This document shows positions 45,658-58,400 of a stretch of 60,000 nucleotides of DNA, piece by piece. Position numbers and translations under genes: made by a program. The notes beneath the pieces are model-generated. The model was given only the letters and a program-made list of their open reading frames with translations, was not told the origin of the DNA and ran no database searches. Within the stretch, counting starts at the first letter, position 1. Each line of letters starts with the position of its first letter. Source of the stretch: Amphiscolops sp. MND2022 (taxonomy: Eukaryota); the NCBI GenBank assembly GCA_964187785.1, contig OZ076409.1, forward strand, positions 31,932,001-31,992,000, read 5' to 3'.

Positions 45658-46429
45658 TGAGGGCAATAGATCTGCGAACGATACATTGCAGGTCAGAACT
45701 TCGTTATGCTCTAAGCGGAGTTAAAGACAAACTATAGTCTCTCAATTTGTTCTCAGCCACTCGTTGGTTAATAACTAACTCTTTTGTTATACACTTTGCA
45801 GTGTGATTTTCGTTTATTTCGAGAAAAATTACCAATAGTTCAGCAAAAGCTTCCAAAAATTGATGATTGCTACCTTGTTTTCAATTTGGTGACTTTATTG
45901 GACTTTTGGTTGAGGAACATCTTGTAATTTCATCAGTGTATGCGTTAATTGACTACATTATCCCAATTTTTTTATGATGGTTCCATGCTCTGGGCCATAA
46001 TAATAATAATAATAATTTGAATTTATCTGCTATTAAAGCATAAATGTTTATGGTTTCAGGCTAATCATAGACTGAACCATATATGGCCCAGAATATGGTC
46101 AGCCTGGAACCATAAACCTTTATGGTCCAGAGTATGATCAGCTTGGAATCATACTGTGAGTATGATGGCAGAGTATGATTGACCTGTTTTTGTATTGAAG
46201 GGAAACCCGGGTTGTTTATTGAACCGTACAAATTAGGGAAAAGTTATTTAAAAAAGAAAATAGGGTTTGATACGAAACATTGTAGTTTTTAATCTCAATG
46301 TGAAAAAGACCAAACTTCAGGTCTTTGAATTGGATTTGAAGCTCATGTAAAATGTTTCAAAGGAAGCAGGCACCGAGCAGCTGTCGTGAATAATTCGAAT
46401 CAGCTTGAAGTTGGAGACGAGCAAACAGC

Positions 46430-46574
46430 ATGATTGGTCAGCTGATTGGGGCGTTTGTGAAGCTCAGGCTCAGAGAGGGCTGTGACGGGGATTGGGCTGA
46501 CAGACTGAACCACAAATATACAGCCGTACTCCTCGTCACTTTCGCATCCTTTGTAGCCGCCAAACAATACGGAG
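46430..46574 (+). CDS. Innexin/pannexin family gene, first coding exon
   Basis: MIGQLIGAFVKLRLREGCDGDWADRLNHKYTAVLLVTFASFVAAKQYG matches the innexin D..DRL...YT..(TM1)..KQY.G signature; ends in a phase-1 donor G|GTAAAA; intact and GC-richer than its flanks. Confidence 0.88.
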
Positions 46575-47679
46575 GTAAAATAACATAACAAAACATGCAA
46601 ACAAAAAATTGCCAAAAATGCATTGGAAGTTCTAAAAGTGAAGTTAACTTTTAATGAACTTTTATAAAAGTTTGTGTTTCAAAAGTAGTAATTAATAAAA
46701 TGAAGTTTAAAAAGTGCGTATATACATTTTATGAAATTACTACTTTGAAAAAAAAGAAAATAAAATTAGATGAAAATTTCATTTGAAGTTACGAACTTTG
46801 CATGCTAGTTTTGAATCAGTTTTTAGATGCTAACCTTGAAGTTTAGTGAAGAATTCCGGAATACTAATAGGCTTTAAGAAGTTCTTTACCGAAATTCAAA
46901 GTTTTCACTAAAGTCCAGTTATAGCACTTTTTACTATTGTTTGTAAGTTAGTGATAACTTTGACTGTTTTCCACTCGGAAGCGTTTGTCATTTTCTTTCA
47001 AACCTGGTACACATTTTGCCTGGAGTTCACTTTCAAAGTGAAAAACAATCAAAGTGTGTATGTTAGTGATAACTTAGACTTAATGATAATTGAGTATTTT
47101 CATCTGTTTACTAAATACGGTACTACCATCGTTCAGAGTTGTGTTAGTCCCTTGAATAGGTGGTTTTCAGTTAGAATGAATAAACGATGTAAAACCACGG
47201 CTGTTAAATTTTGTATTGCAATATAATATTCCTTCGGAAATAAAATATTGTTGGCGAAAAGCGGTCCCTCGCAATAATTGCAATAATTGCAATATTTTGC
47301 TAATGAATTGTAAAACAAAGTTGTTAAACTATAAACTTTCTAAATACGAAAAATCTATCAATTTGAACAGTTTTGGTAACCAAATCTAACCATTTGTTAA
47401 CCATCCCAAAAATTCTTATTTGCAATGAGAAAAAGCTGACACTCAAGATGCATAAGCAAATTTGAGTTCCGATATTGCGTCATCTGAAATCTGATTGGCT
47501 GGCCATGACACTTCCTGGCTAGCGCGAGTCTACAACACACTACGTTGTCAATTTCTTGCATTAACTGTCCCGCACTATAATTGACAAAACTTACTATAAA
47601 ATGTTTCGCTAGTTTTTGCTTTCCACAATAATTGGTACCAATACTATTGCAATTATTGTTGCCCACAATAACTTTTTAA

Positions 47680-49660
47680 CAGCCCTGGGTAAACCAGATA
47701 ATGTATAGGTGGCTCAATTGAACTTCGAATAAAAATTTCATCATTTTTGCATCGTTTCAAAGGTTTAGGGAGAAGGTTTCTTCGAGCAATGTGTAAACGG
47801 TGAAATATTTCATCGTTTTTACATCGCTTCATCAATCTGCACGATTATACGACTAGTAGCACTAAAGGATGAGCAAACAATGTAAAATTTCCATCGTTCT
47901 TTGATCGCTTTGCAGAATTCCACTGAATCGCGTGTGGAGATGATGTAATTGAGATGAAGTTTAGGATTCAAGCCACGACAGCTTGCTGTTAGGATCAGCT
48001 CTCTGCTGTGTTTTATGTTTCATTGTTAGATCATTGTTTTTCAATGTTTTGGTTTCAGGAAATTTTTGGTTGGTGCGTTTCTCACGGATTCAAAAGTCAT
48101 GACAGTATTCTTTAAGCGTTAATTCGAGAAAGTGTGAATGCAATAACAAGAGCTTTCGATCTGACAAATTTGACAGTTGAAGAGGTCTGGAGTGAGGTAG
48201 GTTGAGTAGCGGATGACAATTATTATGAATCAATACTAGGACGGATCGGATTCGATGTTGATGGTGAGCGGGCTACTAGCCCAGAAATTGGCGATGGACA
48301 TCGTTTTTGAACACTCGGTTAATTGAATCTGCTTTGCATTTTTTATAGTTTTTGTGTTGTTTCTACATTTATAAATTTTATATTATTGTGATGATTAGAT
48401 ATAAATGCAGAGCATTTACCCGTATGATTTGCTTTCAATCAGTGTGAACATATGCTCAGTCAAATAATCTTTCATGTTCAGGTTATATGGAGTTTAGAGG
48501 GTGTGTTGGACGTCATAGATGTGTGTTTATAACAAACGTCATCACAAGTGGTGTGTGTCAAAGTATGTTTATGTATTACATGCATTGAAGTGGCTTCACG
48601 ATTTTCGAAACATTATTTCATGTGTTAGATTCGATCGAGGGTTTTAGTTTTCCGTGACGTGGTTAGAGAACTGGTAGTATTTGAATTTAATGGGACAATT
48701 TAAAAGCGATGGAAATTTTCATCGTTTTGAAAACGTTAAATAATGAATATTTTAGACTTCAAGTTCTTCATTACCTTTTGACGATGAGGTAACGATGAGT
48801 AATGATAAATTACCCGCTTCCTGTCTTGTGTCACAATAAAACAGTGAACAGGATCAAACTTTGATCAATTTGAATTGTGATTTGAAAATTGAAATCGAGT
48901 TGAAATGTGAGAAAACGTTTTCGTTCAAACAAACAACGTTTTCAATAGACGTTTATTTTCTGTTATGCAAGAAATTTTTACTTTTATCTGGGCTAGTCTG
49001 AATTTTTAAAGCCTTCAAATAAAAGCCTTGCCTTCTGACTTTTGTAGTACTCAATTACAGTAATCAATCTGTTGAATATCTGTGCTTCATTAACTGCAAA
49101 CCTAACGAATCAGTGAGCCTCAATTGTGAACGATAATTAACCGTGTTTTGTCTTTTGCCCACTTTGTATAATTAACATTGTTTCCGACTGGTAATCTCTA
49201 GTCCTAAAGTTTATACACTATGACCCTGAACATTAACGCACCCGGAAAAAAAGACAAAGAAACAAGATAAAAAAACACAATTTCGAGAGGCGCGCAGCAC
49301 GCCTTGCCCTCTGGCCACATTTTTTTGTTGATACTACATTGATACTGCCAGCATTGAAGCATAATAGCACTAAATTGTACAACCGATGAAGAAACGATGA
49401 ACGTTGTGTAGATTGAACAATATCCAGCACAATTTTGAGAAGCACGATGTGTAACCGATGAATTTTTTTGGCTACAGCTACAAACTTTGCACATCTTAAG
49501 TCACCGATGGAAAAACGATGAATTTTTACATCATATCGATCAATCACGCACAGTCACTCTTTTTATTGATGAATTCAGGATGAATTTTCTCAATTTCTTG
49601 TGTGCGTGTGTTACAAAGATGTATAAACGATCCTCTTTAAGTAAGTTGACTGAGTCTGGG
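47680..49660. repeat. Probable non-autonomous DNA transposon relic with inverted subterminal motifs
   Basis: AAATTTCATCGTTTTT.CATCG-like motifs at ~47731, 47803, 47884 and reverse-complement CGATG.AAAACGATGAATTTT at ~49445 and 49505; exact ends not found. Confidence 0.45.
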
Positions 49661-51039
49661 ACAACTGTTCAGTTACGCAACTAGAATCATTCTGAATTAT
49701 ATAATTTTACAGTATTATACGCAAATGACCTTTTTTGGTTGGTTTAGTGAACTTAGTTGAACCGTCCCGGCTACCACAGTGTTACTAAAAGTTGGATTTC
49801 CTTACCCCGTATTAACAGCTTGAATTTGATTGAAGAAAATTTTTGGTACACACCGTGATTAAAAACAACTTCAAACGATGCATCGAGCGCTCTTAGAATG
49901 GGTAATAAAAACCTTGTCTTTTTAACAGCGGCAGCAACTCAGCCGACAGGCGCGCAGCTCTAGTGATCACTACATACATTTAACAAATGTTTGTTTTCAA
50001 TTTGACGCCTGAATTTTTATTACAAATAGAACGCTTATTATTCGGTTATATCGAGGACAACCACCCAGTCACTTAACCAGAATATTCAATTATGTGAAAG
50101 TTTTAAGTTGTTTTTTAAAACAATGTGCGAGGAAACCCCGGCCTAGAAAAGGTCTAATGATGACATACAATGAGTAAAAAACAAATGAAGATGATGTTTT
50201 GTTGCTATTTTAATGTTTGATGATTTTTGAACTTGAGTCAACAGCCCAGGCAGCATGGGGAAATTTATCGTTTAGATTAGTAGCTGAGATGACTTACCAG
50301 CAAATCTGAAGGCAAATTATGTAGGTAATATTGAAGCCACTAAATTATTGAAAACATCATTTTCTAACCAGCCAAGTGTAAACACATCTCAGAAAGTTGT
50401 TTACATTATTTTGAAAACTGTGATCACTTCAAGTCAACTGTCGAGGCAACAATTCTCAAATTAGTGATTTTTCAGTAAATCCCGAGTAAATGTCTAGGTA
50501 ATTTGATTAATGGTGAATTTAATATTTATTGGAGGACCATTATTTCTACTTCCATTAACAAAACGTCGTCTGAGTGAATTTGCTCAAAAAGATCTTGTCA
50601 ACAGACCTCGTTGTTTTTTAAAGAAACACACCATTCAACTTGAAAAATTGTTCGCACAAAAGTTCGAATAGTGAACGAAACAAAGGGAAGAAAAGTCTTC
50701 AAAGTCAGAGTTCACTGGACGGCGGGTAAGTGCCAATAGTGTAGGAGTGGGTTTGGGGGTCTGATTGGGCGGTGGATTGTACTGGCAGCACAGTGGTCAG
50801 TCATGTTGACAGGCTGGTAGCATACTAGTAGGAGTTCGTAAGATTCGACGCCAGTAGGTACAAGATCTCGTAGTATTTCATGAGTTACGATTAGATAGCG
50901 CTCTTGCTACTGGAGTTTTCACACCAGTAGCCAGGGCCGTGACGAGGAACACGCTATCTGGGCCCCAAAGACGTTTTTTTTGGATTTTGCATTTTTTTAG
51001 ATTTTTCATTTTGGATTTTTTTCGTTTTTTTTTGCAAAT

Positions 51040-51720
51040 GGGCAAGTCATCCCAGCCAACACGAGGCAAAACCTTTGAACCACTGGCTACAGACGGTTGA
51101 GATGCACTTGGACCGATTCTTCTTGTTTTTTTTTCGTTTTTTGTTTCTTTTTTGGAACGAGGGCATCACAACCATCCAAGTCAACACGAAACACGAGGCA
51201 ATGCCTACGAACTTTTGGCTACAGATGATTCAGATGAACTTAGAGCGAGTCCTATTTTTCATTTTCCCTAAGTTATAATCTAATCTAATCTAATCTAATT
51301 TATTCTAATCTAATTTTAGGCAGAATGGTTTGTATATTCTCATTATTTTTTTGTAGGTTGGAAAAGATACTTTGCATGCCATGCAGCAACCCGAAAGTTC
51401 TGCTGCTACTCAAGATTTGCAATGCATCGGCCGTTTGTCAACCCATTTAACTTTTCAACATTTTATGAAGTTTTTCTTAATTGGAGCTCTCTCAACCACA
51501 TTTTTCCTGTCTCTTTTCTTTGGTTTTTTGTGAGCCTAACAAGAGAAACACATCCATCCCAACCAACACGAAGCGAGGCCTACGAATTATTGACTAGAGA
51601 TAAGGAAGCTGCTCTTGCATCAACTCCTTTTTTTGATTTTTTTGTTGAGTGGAACAATTGTATCGCACTCATCCAAACCAACAAGAGGCGAAGCCTATGA
51701 ACTATTAGTTTTAGATGCTG
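51040..51720 (-). repeat. Four diverged ~50-bp repeats in a decayed Lys-rich ORF
   Basis: CATCC.A.CCAACA.GAGGC.AA.CCT..GAAC at ~51048, 51173, 51555, 51670; minus strand reads LPRVGWDD, RVDLDGCD, LRVGWDGC and PLVGLDECD, each followed by Lys runs. Confidence 0.55.
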
Positions 51721-51788
51721 AAAATAGTTATTCCACTCTTTTTTTGTTCTGACCTAATACTGATACTAAATACATGATACTGATTTAG

Positions 51789-52366
51789 TCAACAGTGCTC
51801 TCTGACGTGCAGTCTGTACCCTTTCATTGTTTTGAAGTTAACGTTTGAGACAAGGGTCACATGAACAAAGATATTCTTTTTGAAGTTGAGTGCACAGCTT
51901 CTATCTAGCTTGAACCTGGGGTTTAAACTAACAGCTGTGCCATCAACCACTTCATCCCATTGATCTCCCAGCACGTGATCCCACGTCGCCGTGGAAAAGG
52001 GGCCTTCTTCCTTGATGTTGAATGCTACTCGGCCTTCTTCAATACCAGAAGCATGTAAGGTTGCATACACGGGACCAAGTCTCTTTTGATGTCCTTAATC
52101 CTGCTCTTGTCATTGAATGAATGCATCAGAAAATGCTTGAGGTTAGAGTATGCCCAGTAGACTAGCGAATACTCTTCATAGAGAGGTATGCAAGAACTAT
52201 TGTTGGAGAAGACTTCAGTGTCTTTCTGCACATAATTGATTTGAACTGTAGAATTGAACAAGATGTCATCGTCTTTTTCTACTTCGATGAATACTTTTGT
52301 GTCGTGCCAATACAGTCCATTCCCTTTCCACGTCGTCCTCAACGGTGGCAACAGCCTTTCTTTCAA
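51789..52366 (-). pseudogene. Frameshifted ORF of unknown function (~190 aa)
   Basis: Overlapping track ORFs 52025..52366 and 51789..52070 read as one protein-like sequence; no recognised motif. Confidence 0.4.
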
Positions 52367-53424
52367 AAAAGGATAGTATATATATATATAATAAAATATC
52401 GAATGTGAGAAACATTTTCATTGAATGCGGTGTATTACCCCGTCCCAAATTTCGGTTGATTCAAAGTGCCAATGAAAACCGAAAAGGAACAAACACCGAC
52501 AAACTGTAAATTCTCATTTTGATATAAAAACAGTAAAGTTGGTTTAGAGAAGATATCAATGTTTGAAATAGTTTTTAACCAACAAAACAGAAACAGAACA
52601 TGGCGCAGTCAGCAACCTAATTCAGCATTTGATATCAATTGTATTGAAACCAAGAAGAAGGAACAAGAAGCAACCCAAATCGAAGTACCGAACTTCGAAG
52701 CCACTGATATTTTCAAAGACACATTTGGTTGTATTTGCACTAACACAAATATTTCGACAGAGAGCAGAACGAAAGTACAAAATGAACATAGCAGAATTAA
52801 TTCCGGGGATCGAAATGACACAAAGCGGTTGGTTTGAAAGACAAGTTTTAAAAACAGAACTTCATTAGAGGAATTGGCTCAGAAGCGCTATATCAAATGA
52901 AACGGGCAGTACACAAAGCGAACCAGAAAAATAGCAACCAAATATCGGAACTGACTATTCAATGAATACGTTTAACCGAAAAGAAATATAAATCATAATC
53001 GGGGAGAAATCTTCTGGACAAAACAAATCGAATCCGAGACACCAGACGACACTGTCAAACATTGACAGAAATCGAGAAAGATTACAACTTTCAAAGTACT
53101 AATGCCGAAGAACTATTCATTTTAAAATTTACAACAGCAAGCACAGAAAAAAATTCCGAGAAATGGAAATGATTGAACCAGATACATACGAAACGACTAA
53201 GAACAAAAGTACAAAAGTAGTAACTGGTGGGTGAATTATGTACGTTTTTGGCTCTTTTGAGTTTTCGAAAACTCTCAATACACAATTTGTGCTACCAAGC
53301 CATAAATTCCAACAAAGGTTCACTATGCACGAAGCCAAACATGACTTAAATAAAAACCGTTTCTATTAATAAACACTTTTCGCTGATCAACTCTGTTGAA
53401 CGACTGTCCTGCAACGAACACGCA

Positions 53425-54030
53425 ATGAACAATTCCGGATCAATTGAGGTGATTAATCAGTCCTATACTTAGCGGGAAAACGACTGATCTTCTCAGACGG
53501 GTTGAACGTTATAGTCATCGCCAAAAAACCTGCGTCGTTGTCAAATATGCAGGTGATTTGAGATACAACAGCTCTACGCATGTTATTTCTCACGACGGCC
53601 AATCACTTGAAGCATTTGGGACATTGACACTGGAAGTAATTTAAGGAAAAGAGTCGCAATATGACGTTGTATGTAAGTTGTGGTACCTTGCATTTCCATT
53701 CTTATTATCTGAACGATTGTTCGGAAATCATTTCAGACATTGACGAAGCACACTTGTTCGATGACATCATTGAAATGTGTGACCAATTAGCTACGGCAGG
53801 GACAAGTTTCGTCGTCGTGGCACTGATTGGTAATCAACGCAGAAAGTGCTTCAAAAAAATTCTCAAACTCCTACCCAAAGTTTAATCACTTTGATTGTTG
53901 ACCATTTTTGCGGTATGGGCTCGGAAGCGAAAAGGAGTTTCACAAGGCATCGAACATTAGTGGACTCAGAAGAATCAAATACTTGGTGGTAAAATTTCAT
54001 CATTTTGTGCTGCAAGTTCTGGAAACTCGA
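53425..54030 (+). pseudogene. TK1: Thymidine kinase (TK1 / type II) pseudogene with a 64-bp intron at 53673-53736
   Basis: GSIEVI / frameshift / PILSGKTTDLLRRVERY, CVVVKYAGDLRY, SHDG, YDVV[intron]IDEAHLFDD, VVVALIG, ILKLLP, ILGG; GTAAGT...TTTCAG intron; stops and frameshifts. Confidence 0.88.
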
Positions 54031-54595
54031 AGAACAACATTAATGAAGAAATTGAGCATTTCAACGTCGAATACAAGCAGCTTGTTTTGAATGGAAAATA
54101 TTTGAAATCGAAGAGTCATTGCTTCAAATAATGGATTTCAATTTATAATTCAAAACTGTAATTACATACATGTATCTTGGATGAATTTTTTTCCTTCCAC
54201 ATGTGCTTTTTGTTTTCCCGCATCCTGTGTTTTAATTGCTAAACTCAAATTTTCCGGAAATAATTGTTTTAAAATCATTTTTTGGCTAATGGAGTGGCCC
54301 GGTCCGCCTTCAGAAGAATAGGGCTATCGGTGAGACACATCTTAATCTGCCATAGACCCGGATATACGAACTTTGAACTTTTGAAAACAAACTATTTTTT
54401 GGAACTTTCTACCAAAAGTTTTCCTCATCCTCACAAAAGTAAAACTCGATTGTCAAGAAACTAATTACCAAGTAACTAACCTGTAAATCCTTCAACCTGC
54501 TAGTGTCAGTTTCATCCAGGATTGATCGTCCCTCTCCCGAGTAGCTCTTACTATTTTACAACTTAAAGGCATTTCGTTCCTTCGACGGTGAAAAA

Positions 54596-55310
54596 TTGTG
54601 GATCCCCCTGATTGTTTCTCCTTTTTTATTACTTCCTAAAATTTCGGATACAGATGGTCACATTTTTACGAAGTTTCTGATTGGCACTCCGCTTGCCCCT
54701 AGCAAACAGAAAACGTCACTCATGATAGATGTTATCGGTGCAGGTTCACTAAAACGAGCCTTACAAAACTTGGATTTTGATAACCAAAATACCCTTGGAA
54801 ACTATATCACAGCCATTCCTTCTTTGAGCTTGAAACCCCATGCTCAAAGTGATGCGCTCAAATGGTCTTTTCTACTGGATCATGTTATTCTTGAAAATAC
54901 GAATCAATTAGTTATTTGGCATGACATTTCGAACAACTCTTTGACTCCCCATAAATCAAATTACAATACAGCTCTTACCACAAAAGAATTAGCAACTGAA
55001 TTGTTGAAATAAACATTTCGTATATTAGCCTTAGTCTATTGAGAATATATCGCGGCGCCTCACGCATTTGATGATCTTCGTGATCAAGATTTCATTGTTA
55101 TTCGAGTAACAGAAACGTTCTCTTTCGTAGAAAACGGAATGATATCCCTCTTGTGTATGAGTACTCCCGACTTCATAAAGTAGCAGAAATTGAGTTAAAG
55201 TCTTTATTCATTGTTTAGGAGCATCGAAACAACCTTAAAGCTTTATCTCGAAATACAAGAAGCCCCAGCTAGAAATCCTGTGAAAGGAAAGGGAATTCAA
55301 GAAGCTTAAC
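54596..55310 (+). pseudogene. SGNH/GDSL-hydrolase-like ORF upstream of BEL gag, broken
   Basis: IDVIGAGSL (block I-like), AIPSLS, LVIWHDISNNSL (block III-like), continuing past the stop at 55012. Confidence 0.45.
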
Positions 55311-55471
55311 GTCAGAAAAATTAACGTCAGAAGTTTTTATCTTACCATGTGAGTTGAGTTCGGTGTGGTCACTGGACGATTAGACCATCGGTGGCCTATC
55401 CGACGTGACTTTGAGGACTATTAACTTTCGTTGTTTATTGCTGGTGCTAGTGTTGATTAGTCATTTAGAAA

Positions 55472-58400
55472 ATGTCTGTAACTGAAAGCTGTGCTTCCAC
55501 GCAACCAGCTACAGAAGATAGAAAACTTATTACCATCAGAGGCGGTCACAAGGGTGCTTTCACCAAATTGGAACAAAACGTTGATGAATTTACGTTCACT
55601 GCTAATGACACTTCAACTATATTTCAAGGTGAAGCTTTGCTAAAGACAATACAAGATAGAATTTCAGTGATTCAGTGAGTTGGCCAATGAACAGGAACAG
55701 CAAACGAAGTTTCATGTTTCTGCTAGTGTTACTATTGCTAGGTTGTCTGCCTTGATTGAAAAATTTAAAAAAAAGAACGTGATAGACCTCTTCGTGAGTT
55801 TCCAACAGACCCTTTTCCGTCAAATTCCGCTATTTCGAGTCAAATGAAGCTTCCAAAAGTTCAGCTACCAACATTCACTGGATCATACACTCACTGGATG
55901 AGTGTTTTCAAGGCTTCCGTCGAATCTAATTCCCATAACTCCAATTCCGAAAAACTGACTAATATGAAAATTCTCGATAACTGACGCAAAACACATAATG
56001 GCTTTGACGTTGTTAAAAGATCGAATTGAAAATAAAAGGAGCATCATTCAAGCTTTCTTGCAAGCTATTTGGTCGAGCCAGTTTTGAAAACTGAATCTGC
56101 TCTTGGATTGAGAAAACTTTTGGAGCTCACCAATGTGCATTTACGCGCACGTGTTGAACTTGGTCAGCCAGTAGAGCATTGGAATGCTATCTCAGTTTTT
56201 GTTCTGACCAACAAAATGGATCCAGAGTCACGCAAGCAGTGGCAGCTGGATAATCCAGGCATGGACGTTTTGTCATGAGAAAAATTGTCAAAACTCTTTG
56301 ACACAAGAAGCGGTGCACTCGAATTGGGAGGCACAAAGGTCACACGGCAATCAAGTGTGACACCTCCCTGCAACCAAGGGAACCAAACACTGACCAAAAT
56401 GGTTCAGAATAAAGCTGTTTAAGGCTCACCGTGTGAAACTTGTCAGAAGGACCATCGCCTTTACGCTTGTTCAAAATTGAAAGGAATGTGTCTCGCAGAT
56501 AGACATAAGTTCGTTAAAGACAAAAACTCTGTTTTAACGGCTTCCAATCAGGACCTCGTCTAAGGCGTGCCCATCTAAGTTCACTTGCCGTGAGTGCAAA
56601 ATAAAACATCACACCTTGCTTCATCAACCTTAGAAATAGCGCTCTGATCAACACACTTCTACAAAGAGTTATTCAAGTATGGATTCAACTTCCAACAAAA
56701 TGGAATCTATACTAAGCAATTCACCACAGGGCTCTTTAGTGGTGACAATGAAAAAAAAACTGTTCTTTTTTCTACATCTCTTGTAACAATTCAAAACTCA
56801 TCGGGAGACGTGATCAAGCTGCGGGCTCTCTTAAGTTCCAGTTCACAAGCCACTTTCGTAAAGGAAGTTGTTACAAAGGCGCCAAATCAGCGCAGCCAAA
56901 TGAGTGTTTCTACAATGGGTTCTTCCCGTTTTTAAACGACTCGAGGTATAATGACAGTGAAGTTGAATGATACTATCGAAGTTTATCTTCATCGCAAACC
57001 AAAAATCTCAAAAACTATTCCTGATAAGGAAATCGACCTTTCGATCAGCGCCATGGGAACAATCTTAACTTAGCTGATACTACTTTCAACGTTCCTAATA
57101 AGGTTGATCTCTTGCTAGGTGCAGACATTTTGCTTGATAACAAAGTAAAGGATAACGGCTTGTGCATTCGGATTCTGTATTCGGTTGGGTTGTCTCTGGT
57201 GATGTGTAATCGTCTGGCTGTAACAACGTTGTGTCCCACTTGAATACCACTCCAAAATGTGACTCTGACCAACTCCTTTTGAAATTTTGGGAAATAGAAA
57301 GTGTCCCTGAAACAAGACACGTAACTTTGGATGAGCGTCGTTGTGACGAGCACTTCGATAGCACTACAAAACGCAATGAAGACGGCTGTTTTGTAGTACA
57401 GATGCCATTTAAAGATAGACCCCACAAATTTAAGTCTTTCACAAGCGATTGCATTGAAGCGTTTCATTTGTCTTGAACACACTTTGCGCCATAATGTCGA
57501 TCCTTTTCCGAAAAAATTCACCTTTCATTCCAGAGTTCATTGACCTTGGACACTTGGAGAAAGTCCAACCCGGGGAGATTATTAAGTCTCCAAATTTCTA
57601 CTTGCCTCATCATTGCGTGCTGAAAAAAGATAGTACAACCACCAAGTTGTGTTTTATTTCACGCTAGTGCTAACACGACAAATGGTATTTCACTTACTGA
57701 TTGTTTGCTAGTTGGTCCCAAACTTCAAGATGACTTGTTCAATCTTCTCGTACGTTTCCATATCTTCAAGATTGCTTTATTAGCTGATGTTGCGATGATG
57801 TATCGGCAAGTTGAGCTAGATAAAGCTGATCGAGGCTTTCATAGGATCCTTTGGAGATGTACAGTTGATGGTCTGGTTGAAACTTTATGCATGACCCGAG
57901 TTACAACGTAGCTTCCTCATCGTATCATTCAATCCGATCTTTGCGAGAATATGCCAATTTGAGGTGCAAAGGGCTGTATTGAGAACTTTTATTGTTGATG
58001 ACATTCTCACTGGAGCCAAGTCGATCGACGAAGCTGGAATACTCCAAAAGCAATTAGTAGAAACACTTAAACGAGGAAGAGTTGATTTCCGCAAGTGGAC
58101 TTTGAACGAATCAATCATTCTTTTAGACCACCCGCTGGAGTATCGCGAAGCAAATGAGAACTTGAAGTTTTTAGACAAAGACCACACCATGAAAACGCTC
58201 GATAATGTTTGGCAACACAGCGATGATTGCTTCGTCTTTAAGGTTTCTCACATCGAAAAAAACTTTGAAGCAAAGGTTTGACCAAAAGACAAATGCTCAG
58301 TGACATTTCCAAAAACGTTCGACCCATTGGGTTGGTTATCATCAGTTACCTTTTCCTCGAAACAGTTGATGCAAAGGGCTTTGGAAGCAAAAATTTCATG

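Larger units (their letters stand above)
25700..46211. mobile_element. Non-autonomous TIR DNA transposon (CACTA/EnSpm-like), ~760 bp, split by the LTR block
   Basis: 12-bp TIRs CCCGGGTTTCCC (25700-25711) and GGGAAACCCGGG (46200-46211); TT on both outer flanks; subterminal repeat TATGGTCCAGAGTATGATCAGC(C/T)TGGAATCAT in both halves (~25800, ~46122, variant ~46081). Confidence 0.7.

Noticed and set aside
48050..48320. Exon-like GC-richer patch after a TTTCAG acceptor, considered as innexin exon 2
   Set aside because: No innexin motif in the frames I read, contains stops, and lies inside a probable transposon relic
51276..51315. (TAATC)n microsatellite
   Set aside because: Ordinary short simple repeat, not a telomeric motif
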